The notes under the pieces: generated by a model
What the model saw: the letters and a program-made list of their open reading frames with translations, nothing else
What the model was told of the DNA's origin: nothing
Databases searched by the model: none
DNA from: Bryobacterales bacterium
GTDB lineage: Bacteria > Acidobacteriota > Terriglobia > Bryobacterales > Bryobacteraceae
Direction of reading: 5' to 3'
NCBI GenBank assembly: GCA_963708385.1
Contig: CAVPSN010000017.1
Coordinates: 136,825 to 200,824 of the forward strand
Length of the DNA stretch: 64,000 nt
Translations under genes and position numbers: made by a program
Shown: positions 9,744-24,014 of the stretch, in pieces
Numbering within the stretch: the first letter of the stretch is position 1
How the letters are laid out: the number at the start of each line of letters is the position of its first letter

Positions 9744-11225
9744 ATGTTCATCCGCGTAAATTCCGGCGACAATGTCGGCATTATCGTAGACCCGGAGGGC
9801 TTCATCGCGCGCGAGCGCATTCCGCAAAGCCACAAAATGGCGTTGCGCGTGATTGAGGCCGGCGAGCCCGTGGTCCGCTATGGACATAACATCGGCCACG
9901 CCAACCGGCGCATCGAGGAAGGGGCGTGGGTACGCGAAGAACTGGTGGATCTGCCGGCTCCGCCCTCGCTCGACCATCTCCCCCTCGCAACAGATGTCCC
10001 AGCGCCGCTTCCGGCGCTGGATGGTTTCACCTTCGAAGGTTACCGGAACTCCGATGGCAGCGTAGGTACTCGCAACGTTCTCGGCATCGCGACCACCGTG
10101 CAGTGCGTCGCGCCGACGGTGGAGTACGCAGCGCGCCGCATCCGCGCCGAGTTGCTGCCGCGCTTTTCTAATGTCGACGACGTCGTAGCCATCACCCACT
10201 CTTACGGCTGCGGAGTAGCGATCGATGCGCCGGGCGCCGCGATCCCGATTCGAACGCTGAAGCATATTTCGCTGCACGCCAACATGGCCGTGCGACCACT
10301 GGTTGTCAGCCTGGGTTGCGAGAAATTGCAGCCAACGCGGTTGCTGGGTAGCGATCTGCCGATTCTCGGGGAAGGGAACGTGATCCGCTTGCAAGACGAG
10401 CGCGGCTTCAGCGAGAGCGTTGCGGCGATTCTTCGCGGCGCGGAAAAGCGCCTTGCGGAGCTCAACGAGCGCCGCCGGGTCCCGTGCGCCGCCGCCGATC
10501 TGGTGGTGGGGCTGCAATGCGGCGGCAGCGATGCGTTTTCCGGCGTGACGTGCAACCCAGCCGTCGGGTACGCGGCCGATTTGCTGGTCCGCGCGGGCGC
10601 CACTGTGATGTTCTCCGAAGTCACTGAAGTGCGCGACGCAGTGCACCTGCTGACGCCGCGCGCGGCCACTCCCGACATCGCCCGCGACCTTATCCGCGAG
10701 ATGCGCTGGTACGACGAATATCTGGCGCGCGGCTCGGCCGACCGCGCCGCCAACACGACTCCCGGCAACAAACGCGGTGGATTAGTCAATATCGTCGAGA
10801 AAGCGCTTGGCAGCGTCGCTAAAGCGGGCAGCACGGCTCTGTGCGCTGTCGCGGGCCACGGCGAGCGAGTCACGGCAAAAGGCCTGGTCTTCGCCGCTAC
10901 CCCGGCGAGCGATTTCATTTGCGGCACGCAGCAACTGGCGTCGATGAATCTGCACGTGTTCACCACCGGCGAAGGCAGTCCCTACGGACTTTCACTTGTT
11001 CCGGTGATCAAAATCTCTTCGCGAACAGCGCTTGCCGAAAAATGGAGCGACCTCATCGACATCGATGCCGGACGTATCGCCACCGGAGCGGCTACCATCG
11101 AAGAAATTGGATGGCAGATCTTTCGCTATCTTCTGGATGTGGCGAGCGGACGCAAACGGACGTGGGCGGAACACTGGGGATTGGGAAACGCGATGGCGCC
11201 GTTCAATCCCGGCCCTGTGACATAA
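9744..11225 (+). CDS. UxaA-family sugar-acid dehydratase (altronate/galactarate dehydratase-like).
   Basis: SAF-like N-terminus [14 protein letters not shown] plus a long UxaA-type C-terminal domain. The ORF is open from 9474, but that extension is not typical of the family. Confidence 0.75.
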   Translation: MFIRVNSGDNVGIIVDPEGFIARERIPQSHKMALRVIEAGEPVVRYGHNIGHANRRIEEGAWVREELVDLPAPPSLDHLPLATDVPAPLPALDGFTFEGYRNSDGSVGTRNVLGIATTVQCVAPTVEYAARRIRAELLPRFSNVDDVVAITHSYGCGVAIDAPGAAIPIRTLKHISLHANMAVRPLVVSLGCEKLQPTRLLGSDLPILGEGNVIRLQDERGFSESVAAILRGAEKRLAELNERRRVPCAAADLVVGLQCGGSDAFSGVTCNPAVGYAADLLVRAGATVMFSEVTEVRDAVHLLTPRAATPDIARDLIREMRWYDEYLARGSADRAANTTPGNKRGGLVNIVEKALGSVAKAGSTALCAVAGHGERVTAKGLVFAATPASDFICGTQQLASMNLHVFTTGEGSPYGLSLVPVIKISSRTALAEKWSDLIDIDAGRIATGAATIEEIGWQIFRYLLDVASGRKRTWAEHWGLGNAMAPFNPGPVT

Positions 11226-11235
11226 CGTCTTCGGC

Positions 11236-12054
11236 CTATATAACCGTCTGAAGGCTGGTCAAAGCGCCGCGCATCGCTTCCAGGTTCCGGTCGGCGCCAG
11301 TTGTGTAATCCGCAATGCGAGAGATAACCTTTTCGTGCAAGCGGAGAAAAAGCCCTGCGATCTCCGGATCGCGCCAGCCTCGCTCCGTTTCCTCGCGCAT
11401 AATTCGCAAAGCCTCGTCGCGGGAGAGCGCCGGCTTATAGGGACGAGGGCTAATTAACGCATCGTAGATATCGGCTACCTGGACAATTCGCGCCAACAGC
11501 GGAATCTGATCCCCGCGCAACCCATCGGGATATCCACTGCCGTCCCAACGTTCGTGGTGGTGGCGAATAATCGGCAACACGGGCTGCAGAGAGGCAAGCG
11601 GGCGGCAGATCTCTTCCCCGCGTACGGTGTGGCTGCGCATTGTGACCCATTCCTGCGCGGTCAATTTGCCCGGTTTAAAGAGAATGGAATCGGGGATTCC
11701 GACCTTGCCGATATCGTGCAGATATCCTCCGCGGTACAGCGTTAGCAGTTGCGAGCGATCCAGGCCTATCGCCATCCCTAACGCAACGCCGATGAAGGCG
11801 AGCCGTTCGCAGTGCCCGGCGGTCTGGTGGTCGCGTTGCTCCACCGCTTGCGCCAGAGCGAAGAGAATACTTTCGGTTGGGTCGATGGCAAATTCGTTGC
11901 GGGCCTGAGGAGCAGTTTTCTCGGTGAAATCACGCGACCCCTCGAACAGGTCTTGCAATACCGCTACGCTCTTTCGTTCGGCGACGCTCGCCACGACAGG
12001 CTTGCATCCGATTCGCCCTCCGGCATAGGACTTTGGTGCTTTAGTGTAGCGCAT
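11236..12054 (-). CDS. HD-GYP domain phosphohydrolase (c-di-GMP phosphodiesterase type).
   Basis: HD...GYLHDIGK...HHERWDGSGYP motifs. Confidence 0.8.
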   Translation of the reverse strand: MRYTKAPKSYAGGRIGCKPVVASVAERKSVAVLQDLFEGSRDFTEKTAPQARNEFAIDPTESILFALAQAVEQRDHQTAGHCERLAFIGVALGMAIGLDRSQLLTLYRGGYLHDIGKVGIPDSILFKPGKLTAQEWVTMRSHTVRGEEICRPLASLQPVLPIIRHHHERWDGSGYPDGLRGDQIPLLARIVQVADIYDALISPRPYKPALSRDEALRIMREETERGWRDPEIAGLFLRLHEKVISRIADYTTGADRNLEAMRGALTSLQTVI

Positions 12055-12123
12055 GGCTCCTACTACTGCTATATCGGCGCGCCCATCGAAACGCTTGAGT
12101 ACTACGTCGAAAAAATTTGGCTC

Positions 12124-13674
12124 TTACTGGCTCCGCACCACCGTGACCGCCCGCCAGCCCGCGTTCCCGGCCGCGTCGTACGCGCGCACGGTTACCACGT
12201 TGGTACCCATTAGCAATGGAATTGCCGCCGACCATTGAGTGGTTCCGTAAGCGGTTCCCGACCCGCCGGTGGATGTGGTCCATTTGATTGCGGTAACGCC
12301 GACATCGTCAGTCGCTGTTCCGCTGAAGACAAGAGTAGAGGAATACGCCGAGACGATGCTCGAACCGGGGGAGACAATCGTGACCGACGGTGGCGTCGTG
12401 TCCGGCGCGCCAGGTTGTGTTGGATTGGTGGGCTGTTCCGGCTGCGTGGGTTGCGCCGGCTGCGAAGGTTGACTGGGCCGCACGGGCAGCGTCGGCGCCG
12501 GCGTTGGCGTACTCGGCGGAATTGGCGCATCCGGCGCGGGCGTTGACGACGCCGCGCCATATAGCGATTGAATTGCCGCTATGTCGTCGCTGGTCAAGCC
12601 CGTCTGTTGCCGGTAATAGGGATACATCACGGCGGACGGACTTGTCGAGTGCGCGAGTCCCAGCGCATGCCCTGCTTCATGCAGAGCGACGGAGAACAGA
12701 TCGACGCCAGTTCCCACTCCCCAACTTTCAGAATCGTCGAAATGCATGTCGCCCGCGAGAGGCTCGTTGTTCAGCGGGAAGGGGTAGAAGGTGTGGGCCA
12801 GCACGCCGCCCGGCCCATCGAACGGATACGGATCGCCGTGCGAATAGGCGGCAAACAGCAGATCGGCGCTGCGCGGTTGGGCGGCTTGAGCAACCGCCGT
12901 AATTGTCACGTTGGCGTACTTCATCCACTGCGCAAAGGCCAAAGCGATCTGCCCGGCTTGAGTGTTCTGATCGATCTTGGCGGTGAAATCTCCGAAGTGG
13001 TAGCCGATGGATACAGCGCCTGAGGAATCCTTCGACCAACTGGCGCCGCTGGTCGCGTATTCCGCGATCACTCCGGCCTCGGTGAGCGGCCCCGGACAAA
13101 CGTAAGGGCGCCGCCTCGCGCCCATATCGGTATCTGCAGCCATGATGAAGGCCACTTCGTCCCGATCCGCCAACGCGGGCAGGGCGCCGTAGTTTGCGGC
13201 GACCAGATAGTGGTTCGGCAGCAGTGAGGGTGCATCCAGCCGCTGAAAAGCCTGCAACAGTTCGACGGCGCGGCCTGGCGCTACGTCGCGATGAAAGATT
13301 ACCAGGAAAGCGCGTGCGCCATCCAACCCTATGCCTTGACGGTCCTGCGGTTGCAACTGTCCCGCCCACAATGCGTGCATGCCTGTCAGGTTCGGCGCGC
13401 GGGAAAACGAAACCATCAGAGCCGCATCGGGTATGTAATTCAAAATGCGTGCGCCGCGCCGCATCAACTCTGTCCGGATCGCGGCATCGGGGAACTTGGA
13501 GAACTGGAGGATCCAGTGTTGGCCGGGGCCGCCCGCGAGTGGCAGCGTGGCGATTTCTCCGCTTCCATCCGTTCGAACCGTTCGGTTTTTCAGATGAAGC
13601 ACGGCTGCTGCGGACTCGGATTGCAACAGAAGCAACCCGAGGAAGGCTATCCGAGCTACCTTCGCGGCGACCAT
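12124..13674 (-). CDS. Secreted M10 (matrixin-like) zinc metalloprotease with a Pro/Thr/Gln linker and a C-terminal Ig-like domain.
   Basis: [12 protein letters not shown] zinc motif with a Met-turn region. Signal peptide [24 protein letters not shown]. Confidence 0.8.
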   Translation of the reverse strand: MVAAKVARIAFLGLLLLQSESAAAVLHLKNRTVRTDGSGEIATLPLAGGPGQHWILQFSKFPDAAIRTELMRRGARILNYIPDAALMVSFSRAPNLTGMHALWAGQLQPQDRQGIGLDGARAFLVIFHRDVAPGRAVELLQAFQRLDAPSLLPNHYLVAANYGALPALADRDEVAFIMAADTDMGARRRPYVCPGPLTEAGVIAEYATSGASWSKDSSGAVSIGYHFGDFTAKIDQNTQAGQIALAFAQWMKYANVTITAVAQAAQPRSADLLFAAYSHGDPYPFDGPGGVLAHTFYPFPLNNEPLAGDMHFDDSESWGVGTGVDLFSVALHEAGHALGLAHSTSPSAVMYPYYRQQTGLTSDDIAAIQSLYGAASSTPAPDAPIPPSTPTPAPTLPVRPSQPSQPAQPTQPEQPTNPTQPGAPDTTPPSVTIVSPGSSIVSAYSSTLVFSGTATDDVGVTAIKWTTSTGGSGTAYGTTQWSAAIPLLMGTNVVTVRAYDAAGNAGWRAVTVVRSQ

Positions 13675-13753
13675 GAATATCTTTTCGGCTGCGGAATGAG
13701 AATTTTTCGGTGCTCGATGCACTATCTCTTCGAGGAAAGGTGATATCCCTCTC

Positions 13754-16498
13754 ATGAAACGAGTCGCAGGTATTCTCGTCGCGACGGCTTTGGGAATGCG
13801 CGCGCAGGCTCCGACGGTCGCCTACCGCATCGATACCGTGGCCGGCAGTTCCTTCAATGGCGATGGCGGCCCGGCTCTTGCTGCGCAGCTCGGAAACATT
13901 CAGGGCATTACGGTAGACCGGTCGGGTAATACGTATCTTTCCGACACCGACCACAATCTCATTCGAAAAATCGACGCCAAGGGAGTTATCACTACGGTTG
14001 CGGGTGTGGGCGCGGCCGGATTCAGCGGCGATGGCGGCCCGGCGTCGGCGGCTTCTGTGAACCTGCCCTATGGCGTTGCGGCCGATTTGGCGGGCAACGT
14101 CTATATCGCCGATCTGGGTAACCAGCGGGTGCGCCGCATCGCGCCCGACGGCACGATGAGCACGCTTGCCGGCACGGGAGTGAAAGGCTCGTTGGGTGAC
14201 GGAGGGTTGGCTATAAATGCGCAGTTGATGTCGCCGCGCAATGTCGCGGTGGACGCCGCCGGCAACCTCTATATCTCCGAATTCGAAGGTCATCGCGTTC
14301 GCCGCGTAACGCCTGACGGAAAGATCTCGACGTTCGCCGGCACGGGGATCGCCGGATTCCGCGGCGATGGCGGCCTCGCGGTTAACGCGCAGATCGGGTT
14401 CCCGGCGGGCCTCACTGTGGACCGTGCTGGAAATGTGTATCTGGCCGATTCGCAGAACCAACGTATTCGGAAGATCATTCCTGGCGGCATAATTTCCACG
14501 GTTGTGGGGGGCACGCAAAGCGAGCCGCTGCTGACTCCGGTGGCCGTAGCGATCGATAACTATGGAAATATTTATGCCGGCGATACCAGCGGCGTAGTAC
14601 ACGAGGCCACGCCGGCGGGCGCGTGGATCGTGGTAGCGGGGACGGGGTCGCCGGGGTTTTCCGGGGATGGGGGTCCCGCGTCCAAGGCGCAACTTACCGC
14701 GTCGCGCGATGTGGCCGTCGATCTGACGGGCGATCTCTTCATCGCCGATGGCATTCGCATCCGCGAAATTAATCAGCAGGGCATCATCTCAACCATGGCG
14801 GGCGATGGCTTCGCGCACGCCGTAGGCGACGGCGGTGCGGCTACGAAGGCGATTCTGAATCAGCCGATGAGTGTGGCGCTAGACCGGTCCGGTAACTTAT
14901 ATATCGCGGACACGGGGACTCAGCGGGTGCGCATGGTGGCGCCTTCGGGCGTGATTTCCACGCTAGCGGGAACCGGGGCCGCCGGGTTCAATGGCGACCA
15001 GATTCCGGCCGCCACCGCGATGTTGTACTCACCCATGGGGCTTTTTGCCGACGTCTACGGCGACGTTTATATCGCCGATACGTACAACCATCGGATTCGT
15101 GAAGTGGCCGCGGCTGGACGAATCTCCACCTTCGCCGGTACCGGCACGGGGGGTGAGGGGCCGGCCGATCTACTGGCGGCGCAGACCGAATTGCGCGGCC
15201 CGCGCAACGTATGCATCTCTCTCACGGGCACAATCTACATCGTGGATACGTCGAATCATCGGGTGTTAAGCGTTCTTCCCGGCGGCTACGCCGCGACCTT
15301 CGCCGGCAACGGAACTGCAGGCCTGGGCGGCGACGGCGGCCCAGCACATACAGCGGAGCTCAACCAGCCGGAAGCCTGCACTGTGGATTCGATAGGCAAC
15401 GTCTTTATAGCCGATACCCTTAACCATCGCATTGCCAAAGTGGATACCGGCGGCGTGATCACGACGGTCGCGGGAACCGGACAGGCCGGTACGAGCGCCG
15501 ATGGCGTCACCGCCGCGGGCGCTGCGCTGAATTCCCCGGCGGGAGTTGCCGTGGATGGTAACGGCGATCTTTTTGTGTCAGATACAGGCAATAATCTCAT
15601 CCGTCAAGTGACATCGAGCGGAATCATTTACACCATCGCAGGGAACGCCAAGGCAGGCTTTTCGGAAGACGGCGGCCTGGCGCTCGCCGCGGAGATCGAC
15701 GCGCCGGCTGGAATCGTGATGGATGGCTCCGGCGCTCTTTATTTTGCCGATAGCGGGAGCAATCGCGTGCGGCGGCTGTCTCCGCAAGCGATTCCGCCGC
15801 CAACCATAGCGCCGATCACTGCGCCTGCGCCGGTCTCGGCCGTCAGTGCGGCAAGTCTGTTGGGAGGGGCCGTTGCGCCAGGCGAGATCGTGACGATCTA
15901 CGGCTCGGGACTCGGTCCAGTGCAGGGAGTATCTGGTGCACTGAACTCAACCGGCTTGTTATCGAATCTGGTCGGCGGGTCGGAAGTCCACTTCGATGGG
16001 GTAGCGGCGCCAATCTTTTATACCCAGGCAGGCCAGGTGAATGCGCAGACGCCCTACACCGTCGCGGGCCAGTCCATCACGCACGTGGAGGTGTTCTATC
16101 AGGGGCAGATCGCCGGCGCGTCGGATGTGCCCGTTGCCGCCGCGGCGCCGGCGCTATTTCCCACCGTGTTGAACCCGGATGGATCATTGAACAGCGCTTC
16201 GAACCCGGCGATCCAAGGGTCCACGCTGACCTTCTTTGGGACAGGTGAAGGATTGACCAACGGGGCGAATGTCGCGGGACAACCGGCGTCTCCGCCTTAT
16301 CCACAGCCACTGTCGCCGGTATCGATTACCATCGGAGGCACGACGGCCACGGTACTCTACGCAGGCGAGGCGCCGGGGCTGGTAGGGATGTTGCAGGTAA
16401 ATGCGATGGTTCCGGCAGGCACGGCATCTGGCGGCGTGAACGCGGTGCTAACTGTGGGTCTGACGCCTGCGCCGGCCGTGAGCTTGTGGGTGCAGTAA
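13754..16498 (+). CDS. NHL-repeat beta-propeller protein with a C-terminal Solibacter-type Ig-like module (TIGR03437-like).
   Basis: About 15 repeats of the form GDGGPA...P.GVAVD..GN.YIAD..N.RIR. N-terminal signal peptide. C-terminus ...[29 protein letters not shown]. Confidence 0.85.
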   Translation: MKRVAGILVATALGMRAQAPTVAYRIDTVAGSSFNGDGGPALAAQLGNIQGITVDRSGNTYLSDTDHNLIRKIDAKGVITTVAGVGAAGFSGDGGPASAASVNLPYGVAADLAGNVYIADLGNQRVRRIAPDGTMSTLAGTGVKGSLGDGGLAINAQLMSPRNVAVDAAGNLYISEFEGHRVRRVTPDGKISTFAGTGIAGFRGDGGLAVNAQIGFPAGLTVDRAGNVYLADSQNQRIRKIIPGGIISTVVGGTQSEPLLTPVAVAIDNYGNIYAGDTSGVVHEATPAGAWIVVAGTGSPGFSGDGGPASKAQLTASRDVAVDLTGDLFIADGIRIREINQQGIISTMAGDGFAHAVGDGGAATKAILNQPMSVALDRSGNLYIADTGTQRVRMVAPSGVISTLAGTGAAGFNGDQIPAATAMLYSPMGLFADVYGDVYIADTYNHRIREVAAAGRISTFAGTGTGGEGPADLLAAQTELRGPRNVCISLTGTIYIVDTSNHRVLSVLPGGYAATFAGNGTAGLGGDGGPAHTAELNQPEACTVDSIGNVFIADTLNHRIAKVDTGGVITTVAGTGQAGTSADGVTAAGAALNSPAGVAVDGNGDLFVSDTGNNLIRQVTSSGIIYTIAGNAKAGFSEDGGLALAAEIDAPAGIVMDGSGALYFADSGSNRVRRLSPQAIPPPTIAPITAPAPVSAVSAASLLGGAVAPGEIVTIYGSGLGPVQGVSGALNSTGLLSNLVGGSEVHFDGVAAPIFYTQAGQVNAQTPYTVAGQSITHVEVFYQGQIAGASDVPVAAAAPALFPTVLNPDGSLNSASNPAIQGSTLTFFGTGEGLTNGANVAGQPASPPYPQPLSPVSITIGGTTATVLYAGEAPGLVGMLQVNAMVPAGTASGGVNAVLTVGLTPAPAVSLWVQ

Positions 16499-16641
16499 CG
16501 GAGGATCGCAGGCTTAGTATAGAAGATCTTCGAGGCTAACCACAGGCTCGGCAGCATCTGGCGACAGCATCCTCACCGCGCCGGAATGTGCGCCTCAAGG
16601 CCCGCGCACCTCAGATTCCGAAGCCGCCGTCTTTGTAGGTT

Positions 16642-17733
16642 CTAGCTCATCTGATCAACGGCCTGAATCAGTGCGCGGATATAGCCGTATGCGAACGCGA
16701 ACGATTGCAGTCCACCGGGATCCGCGGCTGCTTGCGGCACATGGTCCGGCATCAGCAGATATTGGTACCCGACCTCTTTGTAGACCTGGATCGCTTTGAC
16801 GAAATCGACGTCGCCTTCGTCCGGGAAGACCTCGATGAAATCGTTGCGATGCCCGCGGATATTGCGGAAGTGCACATTGAAGATCTTGTCGCGAGTTCCG
16901 AAATAGCGGATCACGTCGAAGATCTCCTTGCCCGGGTCCGCAAGCATTTCCGAAACCGTGCCCTGGCAGAAATTGAGTCCATGATACGGGCTTTCTTGAA
17001 TGGTGATGAACTTCTTCAGCCCGTCCACCGTGCCGAGCACGCGGTTGACGCCCTGATAGCCTTCGGGCGGAACGCCCGGGTCGTGCGGATGGCATGCCAT
17101 GCGGATCTTGTACTCGTTGGCCACCGGAATGATGCGGTCAAGGAAGTAAGTGATGCGCTCCCAGAAAGCGTCGGCGTCCACTTTGCCCGCGCGCGTCAGC
17201 GGCGTCGCCGGTTTGGCGTCGCGTAGCCTCCAAGTGCTGTAAGTGGCATCGCCGCGTCCGGGGTCGCGGCCCGGAGCGCAGCACGCCCAGGATGCTCATG
17301 TTGTATTTGATCGAAGGAATGCCGGCTGCGGCGCAGTTCTTGATGAGTAGTCTGAAGCTGCTCGATGTCGCGGTCGCGCTCCGGGCTCTGCGCCAGCATG
17401 ATGGCGCCATGCTTCTCGCGGTCGATATGGCTGGACGTGAGAATAGGCGCGGCGATGCCTTCGAGGGTGATGCCGTTCTTTTGCGCGAGATCCTGGATGG
17501 CCTTCAGCTCGTCCACCGTGGCATAGACGCGGTCACCCTCGATGTGCGGATAGCCAGTGATGTCGCTTGACGCCGTAACGCGCCAGGTATTTCAGATGAA
17601 CGTCGTTGGTGGGAGCGCTCTGGCAGCCCAGGCGCATCATCGCGCGCTTAGTGGGTGCGGCGGGAGCGGGAGGAGCGGCCGCGGCTGCGAGAGCCGCGCC
17701 AGACGTGGATTGGAAGAATCTTCGGCGATTCAT
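16642..17733 (-). pseudogene. uxuA: Mannonate dehydratase (UxuA) family TIM-barrel protein with an N-terminal twin-arginine signal. It is broken into four frames near 17520, 17350 and 17235.
   Basis: Tat-like N-terminus MNRRRFFQSTSGAALAAAAAP. Pieces carry [62 protein letters not shown] and [11 protein letters not shown]...MPDHVPQ (compare UxuA VRMAVHPDDPP...MRPDHGH). Confidence 0.6.
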
Positions 17734-18198
17734 AATCTTGCCGGATAGTATACCGGAGTTTACCGATAAAGGAAGGCTCCAACAGCGCCATGGGTTGCCA
17801 TGGGCTGCCCTTCGCCCGACCGAATCGCAGTAATCCTTGTCCTCGTTCCGTCATGACCTCTCCAAGTTGCGCGCCAACGGTCTGGCCAAAAAAAAGGTGC
17901 CCCGTTCCCTCCGCTATCGACTCGAACGACAAGGGCTATTCTATCTGCGTCGTGATCCTCAAACTGTTCGAAAGTCTACGCACCTCTCTCTCAGCGGGCC
18001 TGTTGACGCAATTTCCGCAACCACGCGCTCGCCTAAGAGAAACGTTCTCAACTTGACCGCCTGTCGACGCATCTGCGACGACCTGGATGCGTTCCTCGGC
18101 GCGGTCGGCTTCAAAGTTATTGCTTGCCCTTATGACGGGAACTAAATGCTCGATGGACACCTCAATCTAAGATATTATTCTCAAGGAAGGGCCTCGCC

Positions 18199-21100
18199 AT
18201 GAAACTCCTTATCACACTCACCTTCTTCGCCGGCATCGCAGGCGGGCAATCGATATCCCCAGTAATCGCGTTGGTGGCGAATGCCGAAGGAGAGAACCCC
18301 ATCATCGCTCCCAATACATGGGTAGAGGTGAAGGGCCTTGGGCTGGCGAAGAACGGCGATTCGCGCATTTGGCAAGGGTCAGATTTCGTCAACGGCCAGA
18401 TGCCGACAAGCCTCGACGGCGTCAGCGTGACAGTGAACGGCAAGAGCGCCTACGTCTACTACATCAGCCCAACGCAGGTGAATATTCTGACTCCGCCCGA
18501 CGCCCTGCAAGGTGCGGTTGTCGTCCACGTCAACAACAATGGGGCCATCAGTCCCGGCTTCTCCGTGCAGGCCCAGGCGCTGTCGCCATCGTTTTTCGTA
18601 TTCAACGGTGGGCCTTACGTAGTGGCGCAGCACGCGGGTGGGGCCCTCCTGGGACCTGCGAGCCTGTTTCCTGGTTCCACTACGCCGGCGAAGCCTGGCG
18701 AGACGGTGGTGCTCTACGCCAACGGATTCGGGCCCACCTCGCCGCCAGTGGTGAACGGATCGAGCGTGCAATCGGGGACGCTCTCGACTCTGCCGTCGGT
18801 CACCATCGGCGGGCTTCCTGCGACGGTGACGTTTGCGGGACTGGTCTCGCCAGGGTTGTTTCAGTTCAACGTGGCAATACCCGTCAACGCGCCAAGCGGC
18901 GACAATGCCTTGATCGCAACTTACAATGGCGTCGAAGCCGCGCCGGCAGCGCTCATTACTGTACTAGGCTCCACGGCGGCGCCCACATCGGTCACCTTCT
19001 ACGTCGCGCCGGGCGGCAACGATTTCTGGAGCGGTACGCTGTCCGCTCCCAATTCCGCGAAGACGGACGGTCCGCTTGCGACCTTCGACCGCGCCCGCGC
19101 CATCCTGCAGTCCGTCGCCAAAGCGGGATTGAGCCAGATCAACGTTCAATTCCGCGCGGGTACCTTTTACCTGCCCGCGACGGAGGTGCTCACCGCGGCC
19201 GATTCGGGTTCAGCAAGCACCAAGATCGTGTACCAGAACTATCCGGGCGAAGCCCCCGCGATCAGTGGGGGAGTGCGAGTGCAGAACTGGACGAATGTGA
19301 GCGGCGACATATGGAAGACTACGCTGCCCGCCTCAACACAATACTTCGAGAACCTGTTTTATAACGGGATACGGCGGCTTCGGCCCCGGCTGGGCGGAAC
19401 TCTGGGCACGTTTTACCGGATCGCGAACACGATCTACCTGAAAGGGGCCGCGCCCCCCGCAGCCGCGCCGAATGCCAATTGTTCGGTCTACATCGCCGGC
19501 AGCGGATGGGAATGCTTCGACCGCTTTCAATACAGCAAAGCCGACCCCATCGTGAATACGTGGAAGAATCTCGCTCCAGCCGCGGGTAACCCCTGCGGCC
19601 AACCCGCCGGGAATCCGGCGCTGGCCGGCGACATCGAGTTGCTAGTTTTCGAACAGTTCAGCACCTCCAAACTGCGCATCAGTTGCATCGACACGGCAAA
19701 TCAGATCTTGTATCTAACGGGACCCACGGGATATCCCAGAACAATGCCAGTGAGGTCGGCTTCATCGCCGGCAACCGGTATCTGGTGGAGAACGTTCAGG
19801 ACCAGCTCACCCAGCCCGGCCAATGGTTTCTGGACCGGTCCACCACGCCCTGGACGCTGACCTATCTGGCCAACAGCGGCGAGAACCCGAACAATGACAC
19901 TGTCATCGTTCCGCAACTCTCGCAGGTGCTGGTGGCTTCGAATCTGCAGTACGTGACATTTCAAGGATTGACCTTCGAGCACGACAACTACACCCTGCCC
20001 GCCGCCGGACATGTATCATCGGAGTTGGAAGCGGACATCGGCGCGGCCGTGTCATTTCAGAACTCGCAGCACATCACGTTCGATTCGGGAACCGTGACCC
20101 AGACTTCGGGCTCGGGCCTGGAGTTTATTCCCTGCCTCAACGGATCGTCGCCGGCTTACTGCTTGTCCAACAATACCGCCGCTATTGTCACCGGCAACCT
20201 TATTGAGAACAGCGCCTTCTACGATATTGGCGCCGTGGGAATACGGATCGGGAACCCGTATCAGGGGGCGGATACCGACGCTAACGTGCCGCAATTGACC
20301 ACTGTCGAGAACAACGTGGTGGAAGGCTACGGCCGCACGATTCCGGCCTCCTTCGGCATCGGCCAGGGCATGGGACACGACAATCTTTACACGCATAACG
20401 ACGTTTACGATGGCTATCACTGCGCCATCTCGACTTCCCAGAGCATTGCCGACATGACGAAGCCCAGCGGCATCGGGAACGCCAACAATACCATCTCCTT
20501 CAATCACGTCTACAACCTGTTGCAGGGAATCATGAACGACGGCGGCTCCATACGGATCGATGGAGGAAACCAAGTCTTCACGGCCGCCGGCAATAAGATT
20601 TTGAACAACAAAATTCACGACGTAACCGACGCGTCGATTATGGATTCCAATGGCTACGGAGGCCATGGAATCTATATGGATGACAATACGGGCCTGGTAG
20701 ACGTAGAGAACAATCTGGTCTATCGCGTCTCGGGATTCGCCGTGTATACGCCCCACGGTCCCGCAGCGCCTAATGAAGCGAATACCATCCAGAACAATAT
20801 CCTGGCATATCCGCGTCTGGCGATGGTGGCCGTTACCTCCCCTTATCAGAACGGGGTGCCTTCCACCGTTCCGCAAGTCTATGCCGTCACCAACAATCTG
20901 TTCTATTTCGACCGGACCACCGCTTCCGGCCCGCCATTCCGCGTGCAAGGTGGATGTCCGTACAGCGGCGGCTTTCCATTTACGGCGTTTCAGCAGTTCA
21001 CCAGCAACCTCTATTGGCGTACCGATGGCGCCTTCGCCAGCGATGCGCAAGCGTTCCACATACAGCCCGCGCCCGGCCCCGGCCCCGAAGCGCCCTGTTC

Positions 21101-21365
21101 CGATGACAAGACCACATGGACTTTCTATACATTCTCGGGGTGGCAGCAGACGGTGGGCGAAGACCTTCACAGCGTGGTGCAGAATCCCGGGTTCAACAAC
21201 CCGGCCTATCCGGTGGACGATTATTCGTTACCCAAAGGGTCACCCGCGGTGGGGTTCGTAGTCTTCGATCCCGGACAGGCTGGGCGCTCGAGCCCCATCC
21301 TCCATCCGCCCGCGGTTGCAGCGACGTTCCCGACGAAACTTTTCAACCCAGCAACGGACTACTAG
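18199..21365 (+). CDS. Secreted protein of about 1055 aa with two Solibacter-type Ig-like modules followed by a right-handed parallel beta-helix (pectate-lyase-fold). There is one frameshift near 19735.
   Basis: Signal peptide MKLLITLTFFAGIAGGQS. The two N-terminal modules end in ...LPATVTFAGLVSPGLFQFNVAIP. Beta-helix repeats include NNKIHD, NN.V and IYMDDNTG. The 18199 and 19683 ORF pieces join at ...QILYLTGP/HGISQNNASE. Confidence 0.65.
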
Positions 21366-21456
21366 GTCTTTGAGCGTGTAGCAAGTCACCCGCACTCAGT
21401 CATCTTCTTTGCGGTCACACTGTAGTTGAAGGAAGGCAGTTTTCGCAGGTCGGAGG

Positions 21457-21478
21457 GCTGGCAAGGGCAGCTGCCAGC
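21457..21478. terminator. Possible bidirectional hairpin (GCTGGCA-agggcagc-TGCCAGC) between the convergent beta-helix gene and fabG.
   Basis: 7-bp stem with an 8-nt loop and no U-tract. Confidence 0.25.
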
Positions 21479-21484
21479 AGATCG

Positions 21485-22219
<735 letters not shown>

Positions 22220-22282
22220 ATATCTCCCGCCAGGCTGGATGCCGGCGCCACTCTGTTACTGTTAAAGAACTCAATCATAACT

Positions 22283-23744
22283 ATGGCCTATCGCGACCTG
22301 CGCGAATTCATTCGCGCGCTGGAAAAGAACGGACGAACTGAAGCGCATTCCCGTTCGAAGTGGACCCGGTGCTCGAGATCACCGAGTTCGCCGACCGCGC
22401 CGTAAAACAGGGCGGACCCGCGCTGCTGTTCGAAAAGCCGAAGGGCTACTCGACTCCGGTGCTGATCAACGCCTTCGCCTCGATGCGCAAGATGGAGATC
22501 GCGCTCGAGGTGGAGTCGGTGGAGGAGGTCGCCGCGCGCATCGTCGAGTTTCTGGAAATGCGCATGCCCGAAGGCATGCATGGGCAAGCTCAAGATGCTG
22601 CCGAAACTGGCCGAGATGGGCGCGTTCTTTCCCGAAGATCGTATCCAAGGGCCGATGCCAGGAAGTGGTGCGCACGCGAAGGCTTCTCGCTGCTCGACTA
22701 TCCCGTGCTGCAATGCTGGCCGGAGGACGGCGGCCGCTTCATCACGCTGCCGCTGGTGTTTTCGCGCAATCCCGATACCGGCAAGCGCAATTGCGGCATG
22801 TACCGCATGCAGGTTTTCGACGAGCGCACCACCGGCATGCACTGGCAGACGCACAAACAGGGCGCGGAACATTATCGCCGCATGCAGCACGCAGGGGCGC
22901 AAGCGGATGGACGTCGCGGTGGCGATCGGCGCCGACCCGGCCACCATGTACTCGGCGATTCTGCCGCTGCCGCCCGATCTCGACGAGATGATGATCGCCG
23001 GCTTCCTGCGGCAGAGCCCGGTGGAAATGGTGAAGTGCCAGACCTGCGACCTGGAGGTGCCGGCGCAACGCCGAGATCGTGCTCGAAGGCTACGTGGAAC
23101 TGGGCGAACTGCGCACCGAAGGCCCGTTCGGCGACCACACCGGCTTCTATTCGCTGGCCGACGAATACCCGGTGTTCCACGTCACCTGCGTGACGCAGCG
23201 CAAGGACCCGATCTACGCCACCACCATCGTGGGGCCGCCGCCGATGGAAGACTACTACATGGGCAAGGCGATCGAGCGCATTTTCCTGCCGCTGATGCGC
23301 CTGCAACTGCCGGAGGTGCGCGATATCGCGATGCCGGCCGAGGGCGTGTTTCACAACCTGATTCTGGTGTCGATCCGCAAATCGTATCCGGGCCACGCGC
23401 GCAAAGTGATGCATTCCATCTGGGGCACGGGGCAGGCGATGTTCTCGAAGTGCATCGTGGTGGTGGACGAAGACGTGGACGTGCAGAACTACCGCGAAGT
23501 GGCATGGAAGGCGCTGAACAATATCGATCCCGAGCGCGACATCCAGTTCGTGCTGGGGCCGGTCGATTCGCTCGATCACTCCAGCCGGCTGCCGAACTAC
23601 GGCTCGAAGATGGGCATCGACGCCACGCGCAAATGGCCCGGCGAAGGCTTCACGCGCCCGTGGCCGGGCGTGATCGAGATGCCCGCGGAGGTGAAAAAGC
23701 GGGTGGATGAGCTGTGGAAACGTGCGGGACTGCCAAAGAGCTAG
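22283..23744 (+). pseudogene. ubiD: UbiD-family (de)carboxylase (3-octaprenyl-4-hydroxybenzoate carboxy-lyase-like) with seven or more frameshifts (22335, 22352, 22575, 22640-22665, 22895, 23070).
   Basis: MAYRDLREFIRALEKNG..., VLEITEFADRAVKQGGPALLFE, ...CWPEDGGRFITLPLVFSRNPDTGKRNCGMYRMQV... and ...DHTGFYSLADEYPVFHVTCVTQRKDPIYATTIVG are spread over three frames. Confidence 0.75.
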
Positions 23745-24014
23745 CCCGAGGCTGTCCAGTTCACTTAGGTAGTCAAGTAGCCGTATGCCTCCCCGTCGTC
23801 GCCCGAGAACCAAGGGAGCGGCTCTCAACCCGGGCTGTTTCACAATTTCTTGGAGCATCTCCATCGATAGGCCCAACGATCCTTTCAGGGCGCAGTTCTC
23901 AGGGCGCAGTTCTCCCGAAATTATAGATTCTCAGAACAGAACGACGTTGCTGAAGAAGGTCATCGAGCGTCCAGGCACTCAGCAGCTTCGAGACGTTACA
24001 ATCTAGGATCTTCG

